From the human T2T-CHM13v2.0 reference genome, Homo sapiens, in the NCBI RefSeq assembly GCF_009914755.1, contig NC_060926.1: 64,000 bases of DNA; one strand, given 5' to 3'. A program made the translations under genes and the position numbers. Under the pieces are notes generated by a model. The model made no database searches and was not told where the DNA came from. It was given only the letters and a program-made list of their open reading frames with translations. Numbering within the stretch: the stretch's first letter is position 1; every line of letters starts with the position of its first letter. Positions 1 through 13,600 of this stretch are shown in pieces.

Positions 1-270
1 GGAGTTTCTTCAGACCCCCAATAAACTTGTTTGTGGAGGCCTGGGGAGTTTTTTTTAGACCCACAGTAAAACTTGTTTAATTCTACATGGGTCCTGTTAA
101 GAATTCCTTCATTATTTTGTTATGCTTTAAGGCCCAGGAAAGGCCTAGCCGAAACTTTTGGTGGGCTTTTGTTACATCCCAGCCTTTGTACAGGGACACT
201 GGCTTTTAATATCTAACTTAACCATTCATTTAGTACTCAAACAGTTGTTAGTGAGACCTGGCCTGCCATA
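1..270 (-). mobile_element. ERV1-class LTR fragment, cut by window start
   Basis: Reverse complement begins T(A)TGGCAGGCCAGGTCTCACTAAC, recalled as an ERV1 LTR 5' end; subfamily uncertain. Confidence 0.6.
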
Positions 271-290
271 CTGGCATTAAGTATTCAGTA

Positions 291-632
291 CAGTAGTCCC
301 CACTTATCTGAGGTTTCACTTTCCACGGTTTCAGTTAACTGTAGTCAACCTCGGTCAAAAATAAGAGTACATTACAATAAGATATTCTGAGGGAGAGAGA
401 GAGACCACATTCATGTAACTATATAACTTTTATTACAGTATATTGTTATAATTGTTCTATTTTATTAGTTATTGTTGTTAATCTCTTACTGTGCTAATTT
501 ACAAATTAAGCTTTGTCATAGGTGTATATGTATAGGAAAAACCAGTATATATAGGGTTAGGTATTGTCTGTAATTTCAGGCATCCACTAGAGGTCTTGGA
601 ACATATCCCCCTCGGATAAGAGGAGACTACTG
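291..632. mobile_element. MER44/Tigger7-type DNA transposon
   Basis: TIRs CAGTAGTC...GACTACTG flanked by TA at 289-290 and 633-634. Confidence 0.8.
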
Positions 633-1214
633 TATAGTATCCTAAATTTGTGAGTCAGCTTACATTGCTTGTATTAACCCCCAAGTATGAGGTTTAAGAG
701 TTATAAATACAGATTCTCCATTGGAAATCGAGAAGCAAGTTTGTGGAAACACAAGCACCATCTCACCAGTATTTACCATTCAACTGTAAATACTGATCTG
801 AATTGGGGAGGAACTAACTTGCCTGGCTATATTTTAGGCCTTGAGGAACCAGCCAAAGAGAGCCCCAGGAGAGCAGAGCAAGTGACGTGATCCCACACTG
901 GGATAGGTCCACATGCTGAAGCTTTCGTTAAAGATCAGCAGTGTCAAAAGCAGAAGGTAAAAGGCTGGTGAGGCTCTCACAGCCCAAAGAATATCAGCCT
1001 CCCTGGCTCCCTCAGTGAACACAACATGGTAATTTGGAGCCCATATCATTTTGGTAGTTTTTAAAAAGCTAATTATTCTTCTGCATCCCTACCCTTCAAA
1101 GAAAAGAAACATTTCCACCATTTGAATATACCTGCTTCCTAATCAAACCACTCTCTAGTGATAACTATATTTTTCATGTGTAATTTTACAATATACAACT
1201 ATATGTTTCCAGTA

Positions 1215-1420
1215 AAGGGTTGAAATCCTTGATTCCCCAACCTGATTGGTCATTAAGAGATCATCTGTGAAAATTAAAAACAAACAAAAATAGATTTCCA
1301 GAGCCTACCACAGATTTACTAGCATCAAAATTCCAGAGTTGGACCAGGGAATCTACATCCCCAGGTGCCTATAAAGCACAGCTAGGGCACGTTAACTATG
1401 GCTTTGGAACTCATTGATCA
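1215..1420. mobile_element. Degenerate MER5-like hAT fragment
   Basis: Motifs ...actagcatcaaaatt...ggaatct...ccccaggtg resemble MER5; limits approximate. Confidence 0.4.
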
Positions 1421-1795
1421 GAAGACAAGCACAAATTCTAATCTGGCACCACTCAAACAAATTGCAGACTCCTGACCATCACTGACAATCGTTCATACAA
1501 GTGAAGGCCTATCCCAGGGTGTGAAGGATGGCCTACTTTTCTTCATCTCTCTATTTGTAGGAAGATGATGGAGAGTTATTCATCATGAGGGGAGTCAGGG
1601 GTTAGACTGTGTGGTCTCAATCTCAGTCTTGTTTGAGATTGGTAATCCAAATGTGGGCTACTTTGTTTCTTCCAGATCTGCGCACACATTTTTAAAGCCA
1701 CATCATAAGAGATTTTACATGTTAAAATATTGATTCATTAATTACAAGTTGTACCATGTTCTTCAGTACCTTAAAAGAGTTCTTCACTACCTTAA

Positions 1796-2130
<335 letters not shown>

Positions 2131-2137
2131 TTCTCTC

Positions 2138-2410
2138 TTTTTTTTTTAAGAGTCTCACCCTGTCACCCAGGGGACTGCAGTGGTGCAGTCACAGCTGACT
2201 GCAGCCTCAACCGCCTGGGCTCAATTGATCTTCCCACCTCAGCCTTCCTAGAAGCTGGGACTGGCGTGCACCACCACACCTGGCCAATTTTTGTAGGGAC
2301 AGGGTTTTGCCATATTGTCCAGGCTGATCTCAAACTCGTGGACTTAAATGATCCACTTTCCTTGGCCTCCCAAAGTGCTGGGAATACAGACGTGAGCCAC
2401 CGCACCTGGT
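2138..2410 (-). mobile_element. AluJ-like, adjacent to the AluY
   Basis: cacagctgactgcagcctc...gggctcaattgatcttcccacc. Confidence 0.88.
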
Positions 2411-2530
2411 GAATCTCTTTTTTATTGGGAAAAACTGATCTGAAGAATCTCTTAAGGTATTTATTAATGGAAGGACTTCCATTCTTTCATGATTGGGGTT
2501 TATGAGTGATGGCATGACGAATGTCCTTAC

Positions 2531-2635
2531 CTGGCTTGAAAGATTCTTGACTTGTTGGGCATGAATGATCTCTGGAGTATCAACCACAGAAGTGAAATTG
2601 GCTTTCTCCATTTCTGCTGATTGCTTATACTTAAT
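2531..2635 (-). CDS. NEB: NEB exon ~162 (105 nt) IKYKQSAEMEKANFTSVVDTPEIIHAQQVKNLSSQ
   Basis: cag acceptor, gtaagg donor, nebulin repeat. Confidence 0.97.
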
Positions 2636-3377
2636 CTGTAAAACAACACCGAATAGTTGGGTAAATGTTTGCAATGTGCACAACAGTTGTTGGCTTGATT
2701 TGATTAAGAGGTGAGCCATATTTCTTTTCCAAGAGGGACTCATTCATTTGACATTCAACAGATATTTCTTCCTATTTTGTTCATAGTTTTATACCAAAGA
2801 GTGAGATTCAGTAAGAAAGGTCAAGTCCTAGCTGTTGAGAGAAGATTTAGTTGGATGCAGGATGGGATATGGGTAAGGAGGGATCATCAACAGATAGTAA
2901 GGCATGGATTGTTTACATACGAGCTGGGAGGATGACAAATAAGCAAAAGACCCATACCAATGAGCATTAGACAAGCTAAGATGCCTAAAAACTGTTCTAA
3001 ACTTAGGGCTTGAAAGGAGAGGAAGAACTCCCAAGATATTCTAAGCAAGGAATTCCTGGCATCAAATGAGTGGATTGACTCAGAAATAAGGCCAAGATGT
3101 CGAGTTTGCCCCAGCTCCAAACAGCTACTTAATTCCTCAGTTTCTGCCCTTTGCTCTGAATGTCCCCAGAGCCTATAGACTTAGAAAGGTAGACAGCAAT
3201 GAGCCTGGCAAAGGGTCCTCCATCCTTTCATTGGGATGGCTTCCTCCAGGCAGATGTTCAAGAATGCCATTGTATGCATGTGACTGTCACCAATAAATCA
3301 GATGACAGAGGGACACTTTATGTCCTTAAAGTTACAACTACTTTCCTGAAAGATTGACATCGAATAGTAGCACTGAC

Positions 3378-3491
3378 CTGACTGGCAATATCAGTAGCAT
3401 TCCTGGCCCTCATAAAATCCGGAGTTTCATTGGCCATGGCATTCAGGCCTCTTCCTTTGACTTCCAGTTCCAGGTCTCGCTTATATTCTTT
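3378..3491 (-). CDS. NEB: NEB exon ~161 (114 nt) KEYKRDLELEVKGRGLNAMANETPDFMRARNATDIASQ
   Basis: tag acceptor, gtcagt donor. Confidence 0.96.
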
Positions 3492-4115
3492 CTATAGTAG
3501 CATTAAAAGAAAAAAAAAAGGTACCTAAATGCTACTACTAGGTAATAAACATACAGGGTGAATGTAAATCCACATAACACGCCACCCCAGTTGTCACAGA
3601 TAGTGTCGCTTGCTACTCTTCACCTTCGCTCTTCCGTGTGGTAGGATGAAGTGGTGTCTTCAGAAGCCCTCTGGAGGAAACTATTCTATGCAAGTCAGTA
3701 TGGGTCAACAGAGGTCTCCTTTTGAATACTTTTAGCATTCTCTGCTTAGAAGATTAGAGTATAAAGTAAATTGTACATCTAGTTTGGTACATAACTAAGA
3801 TTACACTTAGGTGCACACCACTCCAGTGTAGTGTTTTCGTGTAGATGAGCACACCAAATATATCAAGTTAAATCAAATAATATTAGATAATAGATTATGA
3901 TAACCACTACAGAAACACACTGTTACAATATCCATTCATCAGAAATTGAGGTATATTTTATGTAATGGTTAACAATTATGTTGATATGGAATCTGAAAAT
4001 GAAAAGCTCTGTTTTTCTCTGTTCTCTGTTTTTGTTTTGCTTTTTCTGGTGTAATTTGGCTAACAAAGAAATGATGCTGTATGAATTACGTGCAGGCAGT
4101 CAGCTGTGGGCCTAC

Positions 4116-4226
4116 CTCATTGAGGATTTGAGTGGCATTCTTTGCTCTTAGCATGTCAGGTGTATCTTCCATTTCAGTGAGGCCCTTCCCACGGATGCTT
4201 TCCTCTAGATCTTTCCTGTACTCTTT
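4116..4226 (-). CDS. NEB: NEB exon ~160 (111 nt) KEYRKDLEESIRGKGLTEMEDTPDMLRAKNATQILNE
   Basis: tag acceptor, gtaggc donor. Confidence 0.96.
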
Positions 4227-4615
4227 CTATATCATGAAAGAAAAGCAACAACATTGACAAGAAAGCCCAGATTGATTCTCTCAGGCAAAGAAGAAAATAA
4301 AAAACAATTCCAATTTTTAAAGGGTTCACAGTTTAGTAAGTAAAAATATGAATACAGGCAGGGTATAAGCATGATCAGTTAACATTAAATATCAAATGAA
4401 AGCTTGAAGTTAATAGAATGCTAAGGTAATATTCAAATAAAAAATTAGAAGAATTAACATGGGTAATAGATTAGGTGGTAGTACCAAGCACATGAGAACC
4501 CAATTTGAAACCCACAGTTAGGTGGTGATGTAAATGGTAGGAGGAACACATTAATGAGTGTCACTAGTGCAATTATTTGGATTAAGAGGGAAAGAAAAGA
4601 CCAAGTGGGCACTAC

Positions 4616-4726
4616 CTCGCTTGCTATTTTAGTTGCATATTTGACATGTAACAAAGCTGGCGTGACCTCCAGGCCAGTCAGGTTTCTGCCTTTAATGGAC
4701 TCTTCATAATCTTTCCTATATTCTTT
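4616..4726 (-). CDS. NEB: NEB exon ~159 (111 nt) KEYRKDYEESIKGRNLTGLEVTPALLHVKYATKIASE
   Basis: tag acceptor, gtagtg donor. Confidence 0.96.
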
Positions 4727-5193
4727 CTAATGTAAGTAGGAAGGAAAGACAAGTTAAAAAAAAATCTTTATTACAATATATCTCTCCATCTCAGGAAGAA
4801 AAAAAAAACAGCATTTTCTATGTATGGGCTCTTAATCATAGTTCTGCTAATGGTCACACATTTGAAACATGTATGATTGTACTTGAAATACTTTGTCTGG
4901 AGCAAATGGCCACAAGGAAATTCAGGCTGAGACACTTTGATGGGCCCCTCACTCATCAGTCTAATGTTGTGACTGGGGCAGGCCCTTCACAGAGTGGAAG
5001 GATGGATGCACCATCAAGACTCTGAATCCTCTGTTGTCTCTTCTGAACTTTCCCACACCTTTCTTAAGGTGACAAAAGACTTTATTTCAGAATTACAAGT
5101 CAGTGAGGCAAGGGGAAAAAAATCGCAGTGGAAGGAGAGCCTAAGGCTACCAAATGCTAACTTGCTTTTTTTCCTAATCATGACCTGTTTTTT

Positions 5194-5310
5194 TAATATG
5201 GGGTCTTGCTATGATGCCCAGGCTGGTCTCAAACTCCTGAGCTGAAGTGAGCCTCCTGCCTCAGCCTGCTGAGTAGCTGGGACTACAGGTGTATGCCACC
5301 ACACTGAGTT
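5194..5310 (-). mobile_element. FLAM / Alu monomer
   Basis: Single Alu arm flanked by repeat tgacctgtttttt (5181-5193, 5312-5324). Confidence 0.8.
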
Positions 5311-6256
5311 TTGACCTGTTTTTTAAAAATCACTGAATAGCTTAGGTGGGCAGTGAGGCACAGAGGAATTGTATGGTTTTGTCCACTCTGCCTCCCTGCC
5401 CCATCTCCTCTCCAGTCTCCAGACTTAGCTGACTCACAGAGGGGCTTGGAATAGATGTTGGAACTCTACTTTTGTAATTTTGTTATTTTAATAGAATTTT
5501 AAATTTACAGGAAAGTCACAAGAACAGTATAAGAAACTCCTATAGATCCTTTACTCAGATTGACCAATTGTTTGAAGCCATTTTAAAGTTTTGATGACCT
5601 GACATTCTATCACCAGAAAGCTCCACAAACTGCTGCTTTTATTTAAAACAATTTTTCTTTATAGTTGGAGGAAGAGAGGCAAATGGAAATTCCAAATAAG
5701 CCCGTTTCCCACTGAAGACAGACTAAGATTTAAAATAAGATTCCATTCTCTACTCTTGGTTAAAAATGACCAAAAGAAAATTTAGTGCTTCTGCTTACAA
5801 TTCTAAAATAACGAATATGGCATCTTCACTTTTGATTATCTGGGGTCTTGATAAACATCTTGATCACAAATACCCTTTTGTTTGGCTTGGGGCATTCTAC
5901 TAAGAGTAGAGCATTTCAAAGCCAAAGGGGTGTCTGTGTGGAGGGAACTTTTCATTCATAAAGGAAAATCCAAATTACATTCAGTATAATTTGTGTTGGG
6001 AATAGTTTTCCATGTTCTAATTTTACAGAAATGGCTGTTGAAATAAGACATATGGTAAATATTTACTACCTAGAGCATTTTTAAAAAATAACTGAACCAT
6101 AGGATTTCTGAGATGGAGAAGATTTTAGTGATCACATGATAAAAAGTTTCATCAGCTACCACTTTTGGATGACAGGAAACTGGCCATGTCATGGGCAGAG
6201 CTTGTGTTCAGTAGTGTGATGGATCATTGTTGTGTGGTGTGGTTTTTTTGACTTAC

Positions 6257-6361
6257 CCCACTCTGCATCTGCTGAGACTCTTTGGCAGTGATGTACGTTG
6301 GTGTTTCAAAGTCCAGCATGGGTTTTCCTCGTTCCTTTTCATACTTTTCTTTGTATTTCAC
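6257..6361 (-). CDS. NEB: NEB exon ~158 (105 nt) VKYKEKYEKERGKPMLDFETPTYITAKESQQMQSG
   Basis: cag / gtaagt. Confidence 0.97.
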
Positions 6362-7309
6362 CTGGTGATAGAAAGCCATGTTAGATATCTCTCCTCTGGT
6401 CAATTCCTAGACAGCAGTTTAAGGATAGTATTTTTTAATTGATATGTTCTGTCAATTGGATGGCATCTCATTGCCACTCAAAACAGTTTCCTGTTATGTT
6501 TCAGATCCAGTACATTTTTGTTGTTGTCTAGGTGTTGAGGGGATGGGTACCATTACTGTCTGCAAGGCATAATTAGGATTTGGATTCAATTCAAGGACAC
6601 AAAAGAATCATTGACAAGAGCCAGCTGAGAGAAATGCTGATGCAAGAAAACGCATGGGGAAAATTACCCAGGTAGATGAGGTTGGTCAATAATTGATGGG
6701 TAGCTGTAAACACTTTAAAATTATTAATGCTATTAGCATTAATCAATATTTCTGATAAAAATCCTTAGTTTTTCTTTCACAAGAACTTTTATCAGAGACC
6801 TGGGGTCTAGATTGAATGGATAACACATGGAGCTTTATTTATAAGTAAACAACTCTATGTGGGTCCTGACTGGCCATATATTTAATGCAGCCAATAAATT
6901 GGTATAAAAATGAAAACTAGTTTACATATTGACTGACTTGTTAAAAAACCTGACAGTCTCAAAAGATCCTCAAGCCTGTTGTATAAATAAAATTTTCTCA
7001 TCCTCATAACATGTGGTTAAGAATCAGGGGAGCCACATAAATGTATGTGACAGAGAACTTCTGGAAAAACAGGCGAAGACCCTCATGCACGCAGCACCTT
7101 GATGGCACTGCTCAATCTCCGAGCTCTTGGGTTGTAACAAGATGTTGGAATAAAGGCCTGGGGGCACATACTGCCCTACAGAAGACACGAGGACGTTTCT
7201 AATAGTTAGTCCTCATGGTTAATGCCCAACAGGGGACCTAAATAATGCTGAATTTGTGATATAGGAGGTCATGTGATAGTAAGTTCTTTCCTCTGAGAAT
7301 CTTCAATTA

Positions 7310-7692
7310 TAGTCATGAATTGCTTAACAACTGGGATATGTTATGAGAAAGGCTTTGTTATGCAATTTCATCATTGTGTGAACATCACAGAGTACACTTA
7401 CACAAACCTAGATGGTATAGCCTACTACACACCTAGGCTATATGGTATGGCCTGTTGCTCCTAGGCTAGAAACCTGTACAGCATATTATTTTACTGAAAT
7501 CTGTAGGCACTTGTAACACAAGAGTATTTGTGTATCTTGATACCTCTAAGCATAGAAAAGGTACAGTAAAAATATGGTATTAAAGGTTTTAAAATGGTAC
7601 ACCTGCATAGGGTAGCTCCATTATAATCTTATGGGACCACTGTCATACAGGTGGTCTGCTGTTGACCAAAAACATCATGCGGTATATGACTG
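7310..7692. mobile_element. Tigger3 (Golem/MER7)-type DNA transposon
   Basis: Ends (C)AGTCATG...ATGACTG with TA on both sides; internal cacaaacctagatggtatagcctactacacacctagg. Confidence 0.85.
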
Positions 7693-8115
7693 TATCTTAA
7701 AAATTTAGTAATTTTGTAAATTCCCAGAACTGCTTTCAGTAGTAGACCTGATCGTATCACTTCTCTGTTTGAAATCTTCCTGACTCCCTATAATCTACTG
7801 TAGTGTTCCCTAACCTGGGGCACAAACCCATGGGGCACATTGGAGTTACCATGAGGGGTTTGTCCCCTCATAAAACACACTCTTTATGCTTCCAGCCCCT
7901 GCCAGTAGCACATAATTGCATGTATATTTCTCAACTATATGTAGATGTTGTTGTAATTTATAACATAAGAATTTGTTTCAAAAAGTTACCAGATTCAAAA
8001 CCCCTTATATCTTTGTGCATTTTCTCAAACAATGGAGGGAATCTATGAAATTTTTTTTCACATTGTACTGTGGATGAATGTGCACCAGAGGAAAAATCGG
8101 TCTTGATCCACTTAC

Positions 8116-8220
8116 TATACTCTGTAATTCTGTGGCCTCTTTTAGGTGAAGCTGCTCCAGATTATCGGGTATGGTGTGGTAGTGGCCTTTACTCTTCTCA
8201 TACTTCTTCTTGTACTGGTA
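8116..8220 (-). CDS. NEB: NEB exon ~157 (105 nt) YQYKKKYEKSKGHYHTIPDNLEQLHLKEATELQSI
   Basis: cag / gtaagt. Confidence 0.97.
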
Positions 8221-8762
8221 CTGAGGGGAAGGCGGCAAAAAAGGCACATTGATGGAGAAGCTGCTCAGCATTCCTATTTTTCCTCTTTAGATTAGACGTT
8301 TACACAGCACCATTGTCAAGATCAAACTAAAAATGGCAAACACTAAACAGGAGGTTAAGAAAAAGTTTTAAAAATGAGGATCCAAGTTCAGTATTGTCCG
8401 TTAAGATGTAAACACTTAGGTTATGTGGCTTGTTCAAAGTAGGTGTTATAAGTAAAAAGTTAAAAGTGAAAGAAACTATTCCAGAGGGTATTTCTATGTC
8501 CTTAGAGAAAAGGGAATGGTTAATTGGAGGGCAAAGTTTAAATATTTTTTAAAAAGAAGCATTTTTACATTCTGAGAGGTGTTACAGACAATGGAGAATT
8601 GGTAGATTAATGTTGTCATTTGGAAGAATACACTCAAATGAGAACAGTTTTGTAATAAATCTAGGGTATCAGTAGCAGAGAAGAAGATGCATCTGGGCTC
8701 AGAAAGAATTTAGTTCCAAATGGGTAAAACAAGCTGTTTCTGGAGCAAATGACTGAGCTTAC

Positions 8763-8867
8763 AGAACTGGCAAGTTGGCTTGTATTCAGGACATGATTCA
8801 TGATCAGAGACTCCTTCATGTCAGTCACGGGTTTGTGAAGTTTCTTCAGGTCAGCCTTGTATTTAAC
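8763..8867 (-). CDS. NEB: NEB exon ~156 (105 nt) VKYKADLKKLHKPVTDMKESLIMNHVLNTSQLASS
   Basis: cag / gtaagc. Confidence 0.97.
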
Positions 8868-8992
8868 CTGTGTGTTATGGGGGAAGAAAGGAAATCACGT
8901 AAATAGGAAATGGAACAGCACTAATGGAAATCAAAGTGAGATAGCCCATCGTCAAACAAATGCTGGAGATGGTGATGAAAAATCATACCTCA

Positions 8993-9450
8993 TTCATAGT
9001 AGCCAGAAGGCAGAAACAACCCAAGTGTCTGTCAGCAGATGAATGGATAAACAAAATGTGGCATATACATACAATGGAATATTATTTAGCCATAAAAGGA
9101 ATGAAGTTCTGATATATCCTACAACATGGATGGACCTTGAACATATTATGCTAAGTAAAATAAGCCAGACACCAAAGGACAGATACTGTTTGATTCCATT
9201 TATATGCACTCTCTAAAATAGGCAAATGCATAGAGACAAAAAGTAGATAAGAGGTTCCCAGGAGCTGACGGGAGGAGGGAATGGAGAGTTTTTGCTTAAT
9301 GGTTATAGTTTCTGTTGGTATGAAAACATTTTGGAAATAGTGACAGTAGTTGGATAATATTGTGAGTGTTATAAATGCTACTGAATTGCACACTTAAAAA
9401 CAGTTAAAATGGCAAATACCATGTTATATATTTTACCACAATTTTAGAAA
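8993..9450 (+). mobile_element. Old L1 (L1MB-like) 3' end
   Basis: gatgaatggataaacaaaatgtgg...catggatggaccttgaa...cacttaaaaa...ttttaccacaatttta. Confidence 0.88.
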
Positions 9451-9455
9451 CATAC

Positions 9456-9566
9456 CTCACTTGCAAGATTATTAGCATCTTTCATGACTTTGTAGAGCTG
9501 GCTGTCTTTTGGATTGTATTTTGGTGTCTTGCCCTTTTCTTTATCGAAATTTTCTCGGTATTTAAC
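9456..9566 (-). CDS. NEB: NEB exon ~155 (111 nt) VKYRENFDKEKGKTPKYNPKDSQLYKVMKDANNLASE
   Basis: tag / gtatgt. Confidence 0.97.
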
Positions 9567-10380
9567 CTAACAGCAAATGCAAACATCCAAATTATTCCTG
9601 GACATCAATCAATTTGGGAATTGGGGAATAGTAGAAACACAAATGCCAAAGAATATGCATTGTACATAGAGTGATCATATAATCTATTATCCAAACTGGG
9701 ACATTTAGAGTAAAGAAGACACTATTAATAATTAAGAATGACAAGACAACAGGCATTCAAATATATGATCACTGGCCTTGCTCATTTTTATATTATTCCA
9801 AGGTATAAAAAGTAATCACCTCTTTCTAATGCAAAACAAAAAAAAAAAAAATGGAAAAGGCTTCAGGCTAAATTCAGAGATGTGATTTAATGTACTTGAT
9901 TTGGAGCATTTTAGCACTCCTAACTAGCAAAACCAACAGCAATTTAAGTCTGTGAAATCCAAAGAAGGGCTGTAAATGATCAAGAAGGTTGAAAAATAAA
10001 GAATCTGTTAAATTAGGAGAAATTATTGTTATTTTAAAATAGTACTTTGGCTATATCATTTAAAAATTATTAAACTTGGCCAAAAATGGTATAACTCCTG
10101 AGTAAACAAATATGAGAGTTTGGGGGTTAATGGCTTCAAGTGTGATTTCAGACTAGAAGTAGGAAAAAAGTGAGATACTTCAGAATAATGAGAAAAAATA
10201 AGATTAAATATACTTTTAGTATACATAAAAATAAGTTTAGGTAGGCAGAGGGCTAAATAACTCCAATTTAAAAAATAAGCACAATGCCTTGCACTAATAG
10301 TTGCTCAATAAATGTGATTTGATTGAATGGAAGGAAGAGACAGTCATTATGTCTAGGTAAAATATCTAAAGAGGATGATA

Positions 10381-10683
<303 letters not shown>

Positions 10684-13600
10684 TTATAGGAGAATTCAAC
10701 AGAATGGAAAGTGACAGAAACATCTCCTAATTGAAAAACAAACTGATGCTTTTGTCAACAGTATTGCAGAATTAAGGCCAGAAGTAGAATTCTACTAGTT
10801 ATTCACTCTAGGAGGAATGAAAACTGAGCTGTTTCTAGATGTTAGCCAACCAAAAGGGCAATATTTAACCCTCAGGGAATCCTAGAGTTTCTGTTATTGT
10901 TAAGATGAAAGACTCACTAACACCAGTACCCCTCATGGTTCATCACTGCTCTTCACCTCCCCCAACTTGACACATCCAGCACAACAGACACAAAATAACA
11001 ATGAAATCTGCCACATCAGAGAAAATGCATTCACAATGCTGAGACTCCTTTACTTTGAATAAATCCTCAGTGGAAATGCAGAGAAAAAATAAGCATGCAG
11101 AACAGTTCAGCATGATGCAGGCACACTGAGACACACAAAGTAAAGGAAAAAGAAACGTAAACAAATGCTACAATGGCTCTTCTCTGAAAAAGTTTCACTC
11201 TCAACATAAAGAAGTGGAAGGCCTGCTAAGGAAGGTCTGAGGTGTGAGCTGGTGTCTGGACCAAAGGCAACTTTTCCTAAGAGATATAGAAGTCCATAAA
11301 ACTAGGAGATGTTCCCAAGAGTTGTGAAACACAGAAAAGCAAACCAGATATGCAGAGTCAGAGTAGGGAAGAAAAGAAGCAAAAGCCCATCTCAAATGAG
11401 AATAAAATCTGCTTTTTTTAGAAGCATACTAAAAGTCCTCCTTCTGTCTTTTAGAAGATACTTGTTTCTGAAGAGGTATTTTTCAAGCAGCAATCCCATT
11501 GATTCCACTTCAGTTTCTTTTTCTTCTGTTAATTTCAAGTTAACTTCAACCTTTTTAACTGAAAAAAAGTTATGGCTCCCTTCTCCATAGGAAGTCCTCT
11601 AAACAAATGCAGCTTTTTACAACTACTAATATGAATCTGAGTTCAGCACTTTTGGCCTTCCTTTTTGACTGGATCTTCTTAAAACTAGTATAGTTTGAAA
11701 GGTAAGGACATGTACCAGGTTTAGGACTCTAGGAATTCTTGGAATGGTGTTTGACTAGGGAGTAATGTAGTAAAACTACATACACTTGGCATTAGGGAAT
11801 GGTGAAGCTTTTTCCCATTAACCATGGGAGCTAAGAGGCAACTCTGCAATGCCATGTCTCGGCAAGTGGCAGCCCCCGGGGTTTATAATCCCATCAGGCT
11901 CAGAAATTGGGCCTATTATGGATGTAGTATAGGAAAGTGATTTTGCATTAATTATATTTTTAGGAGTTTAATTGTATTTGAAGTTTAAGATCTAATTTTT
12001 TAGCTCCTTTTTATTGAATTGAGATGTATACTGGTGCTTCTAAAGACTGAAGAACAGTCCCGAGAATTAGAAAAGCTATTAAAAGTTTATACTGTTGATT
12101 CATAGAAGGCCTGAACTGAGAAACTATATTAAATACCAATCTTCAGTATATTAAAAATCAAAAATGGCAGATAACTTCAGAAGAGGCAGAGGTTTCTTTG
12201 GTTGAAGATGAGATTCTCAGTTTGTTTTCATTTCATTATTTAACTTGATCAGTGTCAGCAACCTAACATACACATACATTAGGAGTCCATCTCTGAGTCT
12301 AGTCTACCTTCCTATTCCAAGTGGTATGTTCCAGATGGAAAGTTTCATGCAGGAAAAGAAGGGTGTATGCAAAAGTATATCCTTCAACAAATTTCCACAG
12401 CAATCTACACGTTCCAACACAAAAATCAACAGAAAAGAATGCAACCTGGTCAGTCTCCTGACCAATGCCAAGAAAGTAGACAAGAATCAGAGGAAGACAG
12501 AAATAATGGCTTGCTGGTCTCAGTCTTTCTTACATCACTGATGTGTACATTAATTTTCTTAAGATGCCTCATCATAGGGGTGTCATAAGATGCAGCGCCG
12601 TGCCCTCTCCTTTGGCCTTTGAGGTATTCCGCCTAGAGTACGCAGCAAGACAGCAAAGTCAGAACAGGGAAAGCCCACACACAGCTGAAGCGCCCTTGGG
12701 CCCAGGGCCACACCATGAAGCTGTCAATCCGGAGACCAGCCTTTCACAGGAAGTAAATGGGACCCATAGGGTCCCATTCTCCATACCATAGGATTCACTT
12801 AGTACTAGAAATAGGAGCCTCTTGATTTTCAAAAACAATAAAGTTTTCAAAATTTCAACATCATAGTCGTTTGTTTTTAAATTATAATGATATGACCTTG
12901 TACATTTAAAAACATTAACTTTTTGCATTAATAAGTTCTTGTTACATCTCATTACTCTTAGAGATTCCACTGTTTTTTTGTTGGTGGTGGTGATCCCATA
13001 TCTTAGTTTCAAATACTTATACAATTCCATTAATTTATAATAAAATATGTTACATAGGAATTTTAAGTTTAAAAACTTTTAAAAAATAATATTTGCTTTT
13101 CATCAGTCATCTGACCCTCTTGTGTTTTCATAATTCTAACTTGTTCTGTCACTTGACATTACTGCATTATATCTTCCAAAAGATTGGAATCCCATGTTTG
13201 CTATTGCTGAAAGTCAGTCACTCACGACAACCAAATGTATATCCCAAACCTATTTCTTCAAACAGATACCTGAGAGGACAAGGAAAAAGAAGGTAGGATC
13301 TGTAAATTGGAGGAGAAATGAGATATTCTTAAGCTAAAGTCCTATAGGATCAAACTTGCACTCTGATAGGTCTGGTGGTAGATGATGGGATCTCTGAGCT
13401 AAAGTCTGAAAACCTGTCATAACTTGGGGAATTTTAGATAATTGGCCTAACAAGGGAAAATAAGTCATGTGGTAACTGGGTTTGGGCAACACATTTCTGA
13501 GTCCATTTGCTTCTCAATAATATGAGATCTGCAAGAATGTGGCATTCTCCATCAGCACCCTGTGCATACCCTGATCAAACACTTGCCAAACAAAATTTTA

